A DNA stretch of 56,095 nucleotides. Origin: an uncultured virus (IMG/VR IMGVR_UViG_3300043256_000464) (lineage: Duplodnaviria > Heunggongvirae > Uroviricota > Caudoviricetes). Shown here piece by piece: positions 27,996 to 36,249 of this stretch (positions are counted from its first letter, which is position 1; the number at the start of each line of letters is the position of its first letter). The DNA is taken from IMG/VR virus record IMGVR_UViG_3300043256_000464; one strand, given 5' to 3'. A model generated the notes under the pieces. The model was not told where the DNA came from, made no database searches, and worked only from the letters and a program-made list of their open reading frames with translations. The position numbers and the translations under genes were made by a program.

Positions 27996-28424
27996 CTATA
28001 TATTTGTTGATAGCTCCGGAGGTTCAGGAAGTTCTTCTGGCGGCATTTCTCCAACTTTATCATCGTAGATAAATTGCCGAGCAATTTCGCACAGCGCTAT
28101 AAATACAGCGTCTTTGTCTCGTTCAAGCGGGCCCAAATCAGCATAAGGTACAAGATCAGGATGCAACTTGCTTTCTGGATCGTAGACTTCGCCATGTTGC
28201 CAACCCATTTCTATATAAGCCTGCATCCAGCCACCGTGCAATTCTTCAGGTGATTTCGACCTGTGCGGGCCGCATTGTCGCTCAATAACCTCAAAGAACT
28301 GCTCTTTGAATGATTCTTCCCGTTCTGTCCAAGGCGCAGGAATAATCGGTGCTTGCGCTGCTATTGCCGCCAATCGCGCGGCATCATAAACAAATTCTGC
28401 TCTGCGTTCAGTCAGTGTTGTCAT
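27996..28424 (-). CDS. RyR-domain protein
   Basis: H..WM......GW.HG...D...K.HP.LVPY..L...RDKD. Confidence 0.75.
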   Translation of the reverse strand: MTTLTERRAEFVYDAARLAAIAAQAPIIPAPWTEREESFKEQFFEVIERQCGPHRSKSPEELHGGWMQAYIEMGWQHGEVYDPESKLHPDLVPYADLGPLERDKDAVFIALCEIARQFIYDDKVGEMPPEELPEPPELSTNI

Positions 28425-28449
28425 GCAATATCCCTTTCATTTGCCACGT

Positions 28450-29808
28450 TCAATCTCCATCGTCACTTTTCCCGCCCATTATCACAATAGCTGGTTTCAT
28501 CTCGGCGACCGTTCTGACAAGAATTCCTTCTTGCTTTTCCATCACGCGATTGATGTCTTTGTAAGCAAACGGGCTTTCATCCGGAGCTACGCCAATATGC
28601 AGCACGTCCCATTCCTTCATATGCTCATCGAATTGATCTTTGACAAATCGTTGTTTGGCTTCGGTTCGGCTGAAAGGTCTTCCGGCTCCATGTGCTGAGG
28701 ATTTCAAACTGGTTTCCTCGGCTAGGCCCTCCACTAGATATGACATTGCACCGCTCGATCCAGGAATGATTCCAACTTGCCCCGCGTCAGCCGGTGTAGC
28801 ACCTTTACGATGAATCACCGAATCGTCTTCCAGCCAAGCAAAGTTGTGATGATTTTCGTGACGCACTACCTGGCTGATACCGCTTCGTTTTAAGAAATGG
28901 TCATGAATTAATTCGTGATTGGCCTGAGCATACAAACCCATGAGCTGCATTGCCATCCAATACTCGCGACCAGCGTCATTGTCCAGACTCAACCACGCAT
29001 AACCTTTCGGAATCCCACTGGCCACGTTCCTTGTGTAATCCTTGGCAACTTGCTGATAGTAGCTTGCTATCTTGTGTCCTGTGCCTCGTGAACCCGAATG
29101 AGTCATGATCGCAACAAACTGATCACCGACATCGAGAGAATGCCAGTATGTTCGCTTTGTTACGGTCCCGATCAAAGCATCAAAAAAGTGATTTCCCCCA
29201 CCGGAAGAACCTAACTGTCTAGCAGCCTTTTCCTTGAGCTGTTTGGCAATTTTGATTTCTTCCCAGCGCGGGTCCTCCATGATTTCGTGTTCGCGACGTT
29301 CGCTATTCGCGAACCCCGAATTCAATCCGAAGCTAGAAACTGCGCTCATGTCCTTGGCAATCTTCTCGCGGTTGGCCATGAATTCTTTAGGCGAGATGTG
29401 TAAAATAGTGAGCATCATTCGACAAGCAATGTCATATCCAACAAATGAAGGGCTTACAGCCCTGTGGAGCGCAGCAACACCGCCAATGGGCATCCCATAA
29501 CCCTTATGGGCATCGGGCATTAGAGCTCCCCTAATGGCCACTGGCAAGCGCATTACTGTATTGATCTGTTCGTAAGACGCGTAATCGATATCGGTTCCAA
29601 GATCTCCGAACATCGCTATGGGCTTGGCTTTTTCCAGAAGACTAGGACGCGCTTTACCAAGATCAAATTCGCTGCGGACAATCTCGATAATTATCTTGGG
29701 ATCGGTGCCATCTTTCCCTAACTGCGCAGCTCTCTTGGCTATAGAACCGTAATCATACGCGGGGGAGGGAACAATTCCAGCCGAACGAAGAAGCTTATTG
29801 GTATCCAT
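28450..29808 (-). CDS. rtcB: RtcB RNA ligase
   Basis: MPDAHKGYGMPIGG, VGYDIAC, GGGNHF, HSGSRG, HHN, HRKGAT, HGAGR, DESP.AYK; ATG 29808 after AAGGA. Confidence 0.93.
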   Translation of the reverse strand: MDTNKLLRSAGIVPSPAYDYGSIAKRAAQLGKDGTDPKIIIEIVRSEFDLGKARPSLLEKAKPIAMFGDLGTDIDYASYEQINTVMRLPVAIRGALMPDAHKGYGMPIGGVAALHRAVSPSFVGYDIACRMMLTILHISPKEFMANREKIAKDMSAVSSFGLNSGFANSERREHEIMEDPRWEEIKIAKQLKEKAARQLGSSGGGNHFFDALIGTVTKRTYWHSLDVGDQFVAIMTHSGSRGTGHKIASYYQQVAKDYTRNVASGIPKGYAWLSLDNDAGREYWMAMQLMGLYAQANHELIHDHFLKRSGISQVVRHENHHNFAWLEDDSVIHRKGATPADAGQVGIIPGSSGAMSYLVEGLAEETSLKSSAHGAGRPFSRTEAKQRFVKDQFDEHMKEWDVLHIGVAPDESPFAYKDINRVMEKQEGILVRTVAEMKPAIVIMGGKSDDGD

Positions 29809-30025
29809 AGATAATTCCTTTGCGAGACGACGCCGGATTTTCACCGACAGGAGCCTTCAGCCGCACCCTCCCAGGCAGCTCCAGGTGGACAACAGAGTCG
29901 GGTCATTTCGCAGGAGGGGGTTCACCGTCCCATGCTCTAGGAACTTATCGTCTCGCATTCAAATGAATCAGAGAAATCGATGTGCATTGTGTTCGGACTA
30001 ATTGACCCTCCATCAATTTCTCCAG

Positions 30026-30104
30026 TGGAGATGGCGGGATTCGAACCCGCGTTCCGCTCTGATCGCTTTTAGCGACTTCTGAGCGGGCGTAGCCTTTCAT
30101 CCCC
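30026..30104 (-). ncRNA. Mini tmRNA-like RNA (tRNA-like domain only, Ala identity)
   Basis: GGGGATG/CATCTCC-A acceptor stem with G3.U70; T arm GCGGG-TTCGAAT-CCCGC; no D stem; short interrupted hairpin instead of an mRNA-like domain. Confidence 0.7.
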
Positions 30105-30107
30105 ATT

Positions 30108-30265
30108 GCTGGCGGAACCCGAATTCTGCTGTGCGCTGCACATCAGACGGCTCTCCAAAACATTGCGCACATCTGCCGCCGCCAGCCATTGTCAGCCCGC
30201 GCCCGGTGTTTCCACGAGAGCGCGGGCCATAGTCACCCGCGTGTTGTTCAACCGGATGCGCGGCC
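30108..30265 (-). ncRNA. Three further GC-rich hairpin RNA elements
   Basis: Stems GCTGGCGG/CCGCCAGC, GCCCGCGC/GCGCGGGC and CCGCG/CGCGG separated by CAAT/CTAT linkers. Confidence 0.4.
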
Positions 30266-30274
30266 CCCGGTTTT

Positions 30275-31033
30275 CTAACTACCCGGTGGTTCGGTTTTTT
30301 CCTTCAATATTTTGTGCATCTTTCGATAGGCTTCGATTGTTTTGCCGTGTTCTTTTTCCTTCTCGCGAATCCAACCCGCCGCCTCGCTTTGCGTCATTTC
30401 GACATCTTCAACCGCGAAGCTAAAGAGCATTGTGCGTGCTTCTATTGGAGTAGGTTCTTTGTCTGGTTTATTATCGTCCGAAGGATCAGCACTGGTTTCG
30501 GTTTCGGTTTCTTTCCCACGCTCCCCACCACCACTTTGAACAAACCTTCGTATCGCTTCTTGTGGTTCTTCCCACCATTTAACAAACTTGATATCGTTTC
30601 CAGCTTGGCGCACTTTACATTTTACGCGCAATTTAGGGATGTCTCTAAGATCTCTGCCAATCCCCCATTGACGGGCCGCTCTTTTTAGAGCTGATGTGAC
30701 TTCCTCTTTTTGTGGTTGGCTGGACTTCTTTTCATTGTCAGAGCCGATATCCCAGCGCCATAACCACTCCTGGGTATCCGGATTAAAAATACCAACACCC
30801 ACAGCTACGGTGTTGCAGGTGTCGATAATTTGCGATTGCCAACCGAATGCGCCACAAGCTTCGTCTAGTCGATTTTCTACAAAATGAGAACTGATGTATG
30901 GAATTGCAATGGCTGTCGGACCATCGTTTCCTCCGGCCTTTAGGACTCCGCGTGGCAAAAAATGAATTGACTTTAGAGGAGTTGGAGCTTGCAGAACTTC
31001 TAGAATTTCTTGTGCAGTTTTGTTGTCTGTCAT
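30275..31033 (-). CDS. Rad52/Rad22-family single-strand annealing protein
   Basis: PYI....V.NRLDE.CG..GWQ...SALKRAARQWGIGRDL. Confidence 0.8.
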   Translation of the reverse strand: MTDNKTAQEILEVLQAPTPLKSIHFLPRGVLKAGGNDGPTAIAIPYISSHFVENRLDEACGAFGWQSQIIDTCNTVAVGVGIFNPDTQEWLWRWDIGSDNEKKSSQPQKEEVTSALKRAARQWGIGRDLRDIPKLRVKCKVRQAGNDIKFVKWWEEPQEAIRRFVQSGGGERGKETETETSADPSDDNKPDKEPTPIEARTMLFSFAVEDVEMTQSEAAGWIREKEKEHGKTIEAYRKMHKILKEKTEPPGS

Positions 31034-31066
31034 TTTTGTCTCGATCAGATCAAGACAAATTATACC

Positions 31067-31900
31067 CTAACGCTTATCCCAGTCTCTCCTAATGTTTTTC
31101 AGATAGTTGAGGATGAAATCGCTTATTACTTGCTCGTCTTCCGCTAGTTCATCGGCTATATCCAAGTCCCAGTAAGGTTCTAAGGCTTCGGTGATAATCT
31201 TTTGCGCTTGTCCGTCGGTGAGCGCTACCCACTGCCAGTGATTGGGACGATCTGGATCTTCTGGCACCTCCATACTTGTGGCTTGTTCTCTGCTAAGTCC
31301 GGCGTGAATGAAGTTGATGTCTTCACTACACCAGTCCTCGATGTCTCTGAGGGCACTATACGGAATTTCCAAACCCTTTGGGTCATAGTCTCCGAAATAA
31401 ATCATATGGACTGGTTTACCGTCACAGTTTTCTTCGATCGCTTTTGCCAAGTTCCATTTATGCCTTATGCTGGTGTCTCCACCGTATGGCCAAAGGTCTA
31501 TCCTCGGAGCATAAGTCCTGAACTGTTGCGTCATTCCCCTAGCTTCATAAGCAACCACGACATAATTTTCCTGCCTGTAATAAGAAGATAGACGAACAGT
31601 TATGCCATTTCGAACCAAGGCGTCAAGATAATCCTCCGCATTTTCATGGCCAACACCCAGCCTTATGGCTGCCCTAGTGTCATCAGCCAATGTGTCAGGG
31701 GCCCAGCCGCCATAGAATTCTTTTCGGGCTTTACTGAGTAGATATTTCAGGCGATTGTAGTCTTCCTTTGCATGGTAAAGACCCTGTTGCAGCAGGCGGT
31801 AGAAAACCCATCGGGTAGTAACCTGATAGGGAACAGAGTTGACATGTTCCATTGCTCTGTCTAGGATCTGGGCGTTTTCAGGCGAGGGATTCCACGTCAT
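31067..31900 (-). CDS. TopoVI-A/Spo11-like Toprim protein
   Basis: TTRWVFYRL, VAYEA, GGDTS, YFGDYDPKGLEI. Confidence 0.7.
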   Translation of the reverse strand: MTWNPSPENAQILDRAMEHVNSVPYQVTTRWVFYRLLQQGLYHAKEDYNRLKYLLSKARKEFYGGWAPDTLADDTRAAIRLGVGHENAEDYLDALVRNGITVRLSSYYRQENYVVVAYEARGMTQQFRTYAPRIDLWPYGGDTSIRHKWNLAKAIEENCDGKPVHMIYFGDYDPKGLEIPYSALRDIEDWCSEDINFIHAGLSREQATSMEVPEDPDRPNHWQWVALTDGQAQKIITEALEPYWDLDIADELAEDEQVISDFILNYLKNIRRDWDKR

Positions 31901-32091
31901 TTCTTTTCTTCCTTCCCAGCAAAACCAAAAAGCGTGCGAAGCGATTTCTTAATATATCCAAGATGTCGTTCCAGACCATCGAAGGCATTAAGGCGTCGCT
32001 CGGCCTCCTCAATGGTCATTTCCTCACGACTGTTCCAATCCTGGATAAAAACATCTCTGCCGTCTATATGCCAATCACGTTTTTTGGGCAT
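31897..32091 (-). CDS. Hypothetical protein (ERRLNA family)
   Basis: EAERRLNA. Confidence 0.55.
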   Translation of the reverse strand: MPKKRDWHIDGRDVFIQDWNSREEMTIEEAERRLNAFDGLERHLGYIKKSLRTLFGFAGKEEKK

Positions 32092-32500
32092 CGCGCACTT
32101 CCTCCAATAACCTGCCGAGCCAGTTTAAGTTCGTTTTGGATTTACAATCTGGGCAAACACATTTGCCCCAAAAGTTATCGTGCCAGGTGTTTTCTTCAAC
32201 GATTGATCCCCTGACTGACGATAGTCGATTAGACAATTCGGTATGAATGAATTTGCGCCTGAGGATGGCCCGCATAATAGTGACTTTGTTTTCTTCCCAA
32301 TCTGGTCGAAGATGCAATTTTCTCCCGAGTCGTTTGGCTTGTCCAGGAGTTGGGAGCTCCGCAATTTCTCTACGCAGATCCATATTAAGTATCTTGGCAG
32401 CCACATAAACATGCTCAGCGGTAGGAAATTTAATTCCCCAGGCAATAATATTCGCTGGGTAGAAGTTGCTCAAAAAATCGTAATGGTTTCTAAATCTCAT
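32075..32500 (-). CDS. NADAR (YbiA-like) family protein
   Basis: FLSNFY, FPTAEH..AAK, AKRLGR, RPDWE, KF, WHDNFWG, NWLG..L..VR. Confidence 0.88.
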   Translation of the reverse strand: MRFRNHYDFLSNFYPANIIAWGIKFPTAEHVYVAAKILNMDLRREIAELPTPGQAKRLGRKLHLRPDWEENKVTIMRAILRRKFIHTELSNRLSSVRGSIVEENTWHDNFWGKCVCPDCKSKTNLNWLGRLLEEVRDAQKT

Positions 32501-32742
32501 TTTTTCTCCAACGGATCAGAGGAAACAAGTTCTAGCAAACCTTGTTGGACTTGAAGCTTCTCAAGTTCCGGAACGCAGCCTCCACAAGCCGTCGCGCCCT
32601 GATTGAGCGTTCCTCCATCCGGATATGCATCACAAATAGGTATCGGGTAAATGTGTCTACGTTGCCTTTTGTCCTCTTGCTCAATAGGATTTTTACAAAA
32701 GCCACAGTCATTCATGGGATGTGCTCGACGCTTTTTAATCAT
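32497..32742 (-). CDS. Hypothetical Cys-containing protein
   Basis: AGGAG RBS; CGFC..CGGC. Confidence 0.5.
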   Translation of the reverse strand: MIKKRRAHPMNDCGFCKNPIEQEDKRQRRHIYPIPICDAYPDGGTLNQGATACGGCVPELEKLQVQQGLLELVSSDPLEKK

Positions 32743-32760
32743 GACAGTTCTCCTATTCTA

Positions 32761-33471
32761 TCAGTCAACTTCGCCATCATCGAGTTCAAAATTGAGTCTC
32801 TTGGCCAGATCATTAAGTCGTGCAAAAAACGGACCGGTATGACATCCAACACTCGAATGTTTCTCGATCCGAGATAGGTCATCAAACCAGTGAATAACCT
32901 CATGAAGCAAAGTTGAGGAGCGACAATTCTGATCCCATTGAATCTTGATATAGAAATCGTAGCGTACCTGACTGCGAGGCCTGCTGAAGCCACGCCCGTA
33001 TCTACCAAGGAAATGGAGAGCGTCATCGATTTGCAACTTCGGAACTCCAGTCACTCCACCACCCGAACAGCCACACGACGATCGAGATGGTCCACGACCT
33101 CTATGATGAGGACACGACCACAAATCTATCTCAAGTGCTTCCAAAAAAGCGCGGCCCCTGCTCTCGAAAGTCCGACGCTGCTTGGCTTTCAAAAAGTTCT
33201 TCCAGGCTACTTTGGTTGCCTTTGAGATTTTAAGAACCGATCCGTAGGTTGTTCGATTCTTACTGTGTCGATTTCTGAGCTTGAGTCGAGCGCGACTCTC
33301 GCGTTCCGTTTTGCGCTGCCATTTCTTTTTAAGGGCCTCCGCGCGGGATGGCCACTTGCGAGCCTTGCGACATTGACCACCACACCGATGACAACGCTTC
33401 CGTTCATCGCGTTTGAATCTGTGATAGACATTCCCGCAATTCTCACAAAACCAGTAACGTTTTTTTCTCAC
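32761..33471 (-). CDS. Zn ribbon plus SprT-like HEXXH metallopeptidase
   Basis: CENC..CHRC; TLLHEVIH...H...F; GTG 33471 after GGAGG. Confidence 0.65.
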   Translation of the reverse strand: MRKKRYWFCENCGNVYHRFKRDERKRCHRCGGQCRKARKWPSRAEALKKKWQRKTERESRARLKLRNRHSKNRTTYGSVLKISKATKVAWKNFLKAKQRRTFESRGRAFLEALEIDLWSCPHHRGRGPSRSSCGCSGGGVTGVPKLQIDDALHFLGRYGRGFSRPRSQVRYDFYIKIQWDQNCRSSTLLHEVIHWFDDLSRIEKHSSVGCHTGPFFARLNDLAKRLNFELDDGEVD

Positions 33472-33490
33472 GCGGCCTCCATACAAATAA

Positions 33491-33519
33491 ATTATACCGC
33501 ATTCGGTATGATTAGTCAA
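33491..33519 (-). promoter_or_regulatory. Repeated promoter/operator, copy 4
   Basis: TTGACT-aatcataccgaatgcgg-TATAAT on the minus strand. Confidence 0.8.
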
Positions 33520-33639
33520 AATTGGGCTGGTTTTTCGAGGATTCTCAAAGAGAGGAATCGTATGATCCGCGGACCAATTATGCCGTCAACCTTAAATTTT
33601 CGATGGGCAATCGCGAAGTGGGTTATCATAGTTGCCCGC

Positions 33640-33668
33640 TTGCATGACATCATAATTCGTGCTATTCT
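33640..33668 (+). promoter_or_regulatory. Putative promoter of the replication operon
   Basis: TTGCAT-17-TATTCT. Confidence 0.4.
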
Positions 33669-33880
33669 TTTCTTTGTGAGGAGAAATACAGAATGCTCTT
33701 TTCCCAACCGAATAGACAGGCCTCGCCGGGCGCTGACAACGAAAGTAAAGTGATTCTGAAATCAACACCCCCGCATCGTTTTCAGCCCCACCATCGGAGA
33801 TACTTGAAGTGACGCTGCACGACACTTCAAGCCCGATGGCCCGGAGGGGGCTGTCTTTTTTTCTTAAACTCACGTAAGGC

Positions 33881-34312
33881 ATGAAAACAAACATCATTGT
33901 TCGTTCTCCGGGAGATATAGTCAATCCAATTAAATCTGCTGCCGATGAACTTAGACATCGAAAGGTTTCTCCCGAATCCTTTAAAGATCTCATGGCCCGT
34001 GCAAAGCGCGGGGATATAGAAGCAATTGAATTCCTTGTCTCAGTAAAAATAGCTGCAGAATGGCGTTGGTATCGCCAATTTTATTTATCCTCGAAACACT
34101 GGAAAAACAAACGCCTAGAAGCGATTGAAATACAGGGCGCTCGATGCCGAATCTGTCTTTCTAAAGAAGGGCCTTTTCATGTTGATCATTTGACATATGA
34201 AACTCTACATAACGAAGATACCATACGCGATCTAAACGTTCTCTGCGGTAGTTGCCACCGCGATGTTACTTTCAAACGCAGGGTGAATAAGCGGAGGAGA
34301 AGAAAACGATAA
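33881..34312 (+). CDS. HNH endonuclease
   Basis: YLSS.HW..KR, CRIC, HVDHLTY, DL.VLCGSCH. Confidence 0.8.
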   Translation: MKTNIIVRSPGDIVNPIKSAADELRHRKVSPESFKDLMARAKRGDIEAIEFLVSVKIAAEWRWYRQFYLSSKHWKNKRLEAIEIQGARCRICLSKEGPFHVDHLTYETLHNEDTIRDLNVLCGSCHRDVTFKRRVNKRRRRKR

Positions 34313-35127
34313 TGACACGAGGCGATCAAGAGATTAGAACGCCAAAAAGCCATTTCACGATGATACCCAACCTTTATGATGATTCTGACTTGGATGTTTT
34401 TGAATTCAGACTATTAGCTCATTTCATGAGAGTCGGAAAATGCACAGAGAGTACACGTACAACAGCGAAGAAGTGCCATATGAGCATTGGAACCGTTGTT
34501 AAGAAACGTAAATCGCTTGCAAAAAGAGGTTGGATCAAGACCAAAAAGAAGGTCGATAGCACAATACGTGTCGTAGTTATAGACAAGTGGCTAGAGAACA
34601 CCACCATATATGGGGGTAACAAAGCAAAGCGTTCATCTGGTGAACACGAAAGAGAATCGCGTTCATCTAGCGAAACGGCGTGTTCGTCTGATGAACAACC
34701 GCGTTCATCTAATGAAATTAAAGAAGACTCCGTTAAGAAGACTATAACTAAGAAGAAAGAATCTATTAGGGAAAATGAAAATTGGGATTTCCTTTTTGAT
34801 TCTTTGGCTGAGACATGCTCTGTTGATCCGAAAACTGCTGGGGCATCCCTGGCCAAAATTTCCGACATCTTGTTTAAGGCTGGCTATCGCGATGTTGACG
34901 TGAAGCAATTCGGTCGCTGGTGGTTATCTGATGATTTTCGGAAAAGGCGCGGTATACCACCAACTCTTTGGCAGCTTAGAGAACAGATAGCAATAGTGCG
35001 AGACAAACACGCAAAGGCAAACGCAGAACACGGACAGAGGCTCATTGATTCAGTTGAAGAAAGAAGCAAGCGCGTACGTGAGGAATTGGGATTAAAAGAT
35101 GGCGAAAAACTCATTGGTCATACATAG
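34312..35127 (+). CDS. Phage replication initiator (N-terminal wHTH)
   Basis: FTMIPN...HTH; internal iterons; upstream of DnaC-like gene. Confidence 0.75.
   Translation: MTRGDQEIRTPKSHFTMIPNLYDDSDLDVFEFRLLAHFMRVGKCTESTRTTAKKCHMSIGTVVKKRKSLAKRGWIKTKKKVDSTIRVVVIDKWLENTTIYGGNKAKRSSGEHERESRSSSETACSSDEQPRSSNEIKEDSVKKTITKKKESIRENENWDFLFDSLAETCSVDPKTAGASLAKISDILFKAGYRDVDVKQFGRWWLSDDFRKRRGIPPTLWQLREQIAIVRDKHAKANAEHGQRLIDSVEERSKRVREELGLKDGEKLIGHT
34629..34717 (+). repeat. Four 17-bp iterons (putative origin)
   Basis: GCGTTCATCTGGTGAAC, GCGTTCATCTAGCGAAA, GTGTTCGTCTGATGAAC, GCGTTCATCTAATGAAA at 34629, 34659, 34680, 34701. Confidence 0.75.
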
Positions 35128-35839
35128 TGGAATTTGTAAACCTGATTGTAAACATTGCAACGGCATCGGCTTTTTGAAACCGCCCGATGACACCCCAATA
35201 GATTCTCCACAATTTGGAAAGCTTGAATATTGCCCAAACGTAGATCGCTGGAATCTTCCAGGGGCCGTTAGATATGGGCTTACCAGCGACGAAATAAGCG
35301 ATATGACATGGGACAGCATAGCGGACAAGGAATCCGCCCAATCCGCTATCGATGCAGTAAACGAACTGCTTGAGAGGGGCTACGGTTGGCTTTATATCCA
35401 TGGTGCTTTTGGACTGGCCAAAACATTCATCCTGAAAATAGCTGTTGCGCAGATGCTAAGAAAAAACACAGAGGCCGCGTATATTCGAATGTCTCAAATC
35501 ATCGACAATTTAAGAGACGCATTCAGCAGCAACCATCCATCACATGAAGTCCAATCAAGACTTGATTGGTGGTCTCAAATACCCATACTGGCGATAGACG
35601 AATTTGACAGAGTGCGGCTAACCGAATATGCTCAGGAGAGGCAATTTGTCCTTATGGATCAGCGCTATGAGTCGGCGCTGAGGCAGGAAACCATAACGAT
35701 CATGGCGTCAAATAAATCACCAAGCGAACTGGCTGAGCAAACAGATGGATATTTGTCTGACAGGATTGAGGATGGACGATTCCAAATTATCAAACTTGAT
35801 GGAGACAGCAGGCGAAGTACAATGGGTTGGAGAAAATGA
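35099..35839 (+). CDS. DnaC/IstB-like helicase loader ATPase
   Basis: CKHC, GAFGLAKT, LAIDEF, RY, TIMASN, SDRI. Confidence 0.8.
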   Translation: MAKNSLVIHSGICKPDCKHCNGIGFLKPPDDTPIDSPQFGKLEYCPNVDRWNLPGAVRYGLTSDEISDMTWDSIADKESAQSAIDAVNELLERGYGWLYIHGAFGLAKTFILKIAVAQMLRKNTEAAYIRMSQIIDNLRDAFSSNHPSHEVQSRLDWWSQIPILAIDEFDRVRLTEYAQERQFVLMDQRYESALRQETITIMASNKSPSELAEQTDGYLSDRIEDGRFQIIKLDGDSRRSTMGWRK

Positions 35840-36249
35840 AGATCCGATTCCCTTATTCCTACTTTGATAGACACAGTGCATTACTCGAGCATCTTGGTCT
35901 ATTCGACGTGGCCACAGCGCACTGTTTTGGGATAGCTGCAGGATGGGTTGATGATGAAGAAATTAAAAAGATGTTTCCTGAGGCGGACGGGGAAATACGC
36001 GTATATCAGATAGCATGCATGATTTGTAAAAACGCGCTCAGGCGTCCTATCACACAAGAAGAGTTGGACGCGATGGAAGATCCAGTGGTGTGGATAAAGA
36101 TGCTCTACGAAGGCTTTGCGTCAGAGGTGCTTTGTCATCATTTTGAGCAGTTCGCTGAATTTGGAATAGGGCTCAAGACCAGCGAATACGCGAGACAGTT
36201 GAACTCAGCTATCGAAGTGCAAGCTAGACTGCTGGGGACAACTACATAG
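35836..36249 (+). CDS. Hypothetical protein
   Basis: ATGA overlap; GGAG RBS. Confidence 0.55.
   Translation: MKIRFPYSYFDRHSALLEHLGLFDVATAHCFGIAAGWVDDEEIKKMFPEADGEIRVYQIACMICKNALRRPITQEELDAMEDPVVWIKMLYEGFASEVLCHHFEQFAEFGIGLKTSEYARQLNSAIEVQARLLGTTT

Noticed and set aside
30026..30104. Ordinary tRNA-Ala, or an attP copy of a tRNA/tmRNA 3' end
   Set aside because: No D stem or 7-nt anticodon loop; both acceptor strands are present and paired, unlike a 3'-only att core; no integrase nearby
30495..30511. GTTTCG microsatellite
   Set aside because: Encodes ETETET in a disordered linker of the Rad52-like protein
17905..33519. Shared protein N-terminus MTNHT..GIIY in ORFs 17905-18165 and 32761-33519
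   Set aside because: Artefact of translating the repeated promoter from the TTG of its -35 box; better starts are 17941 and 33471
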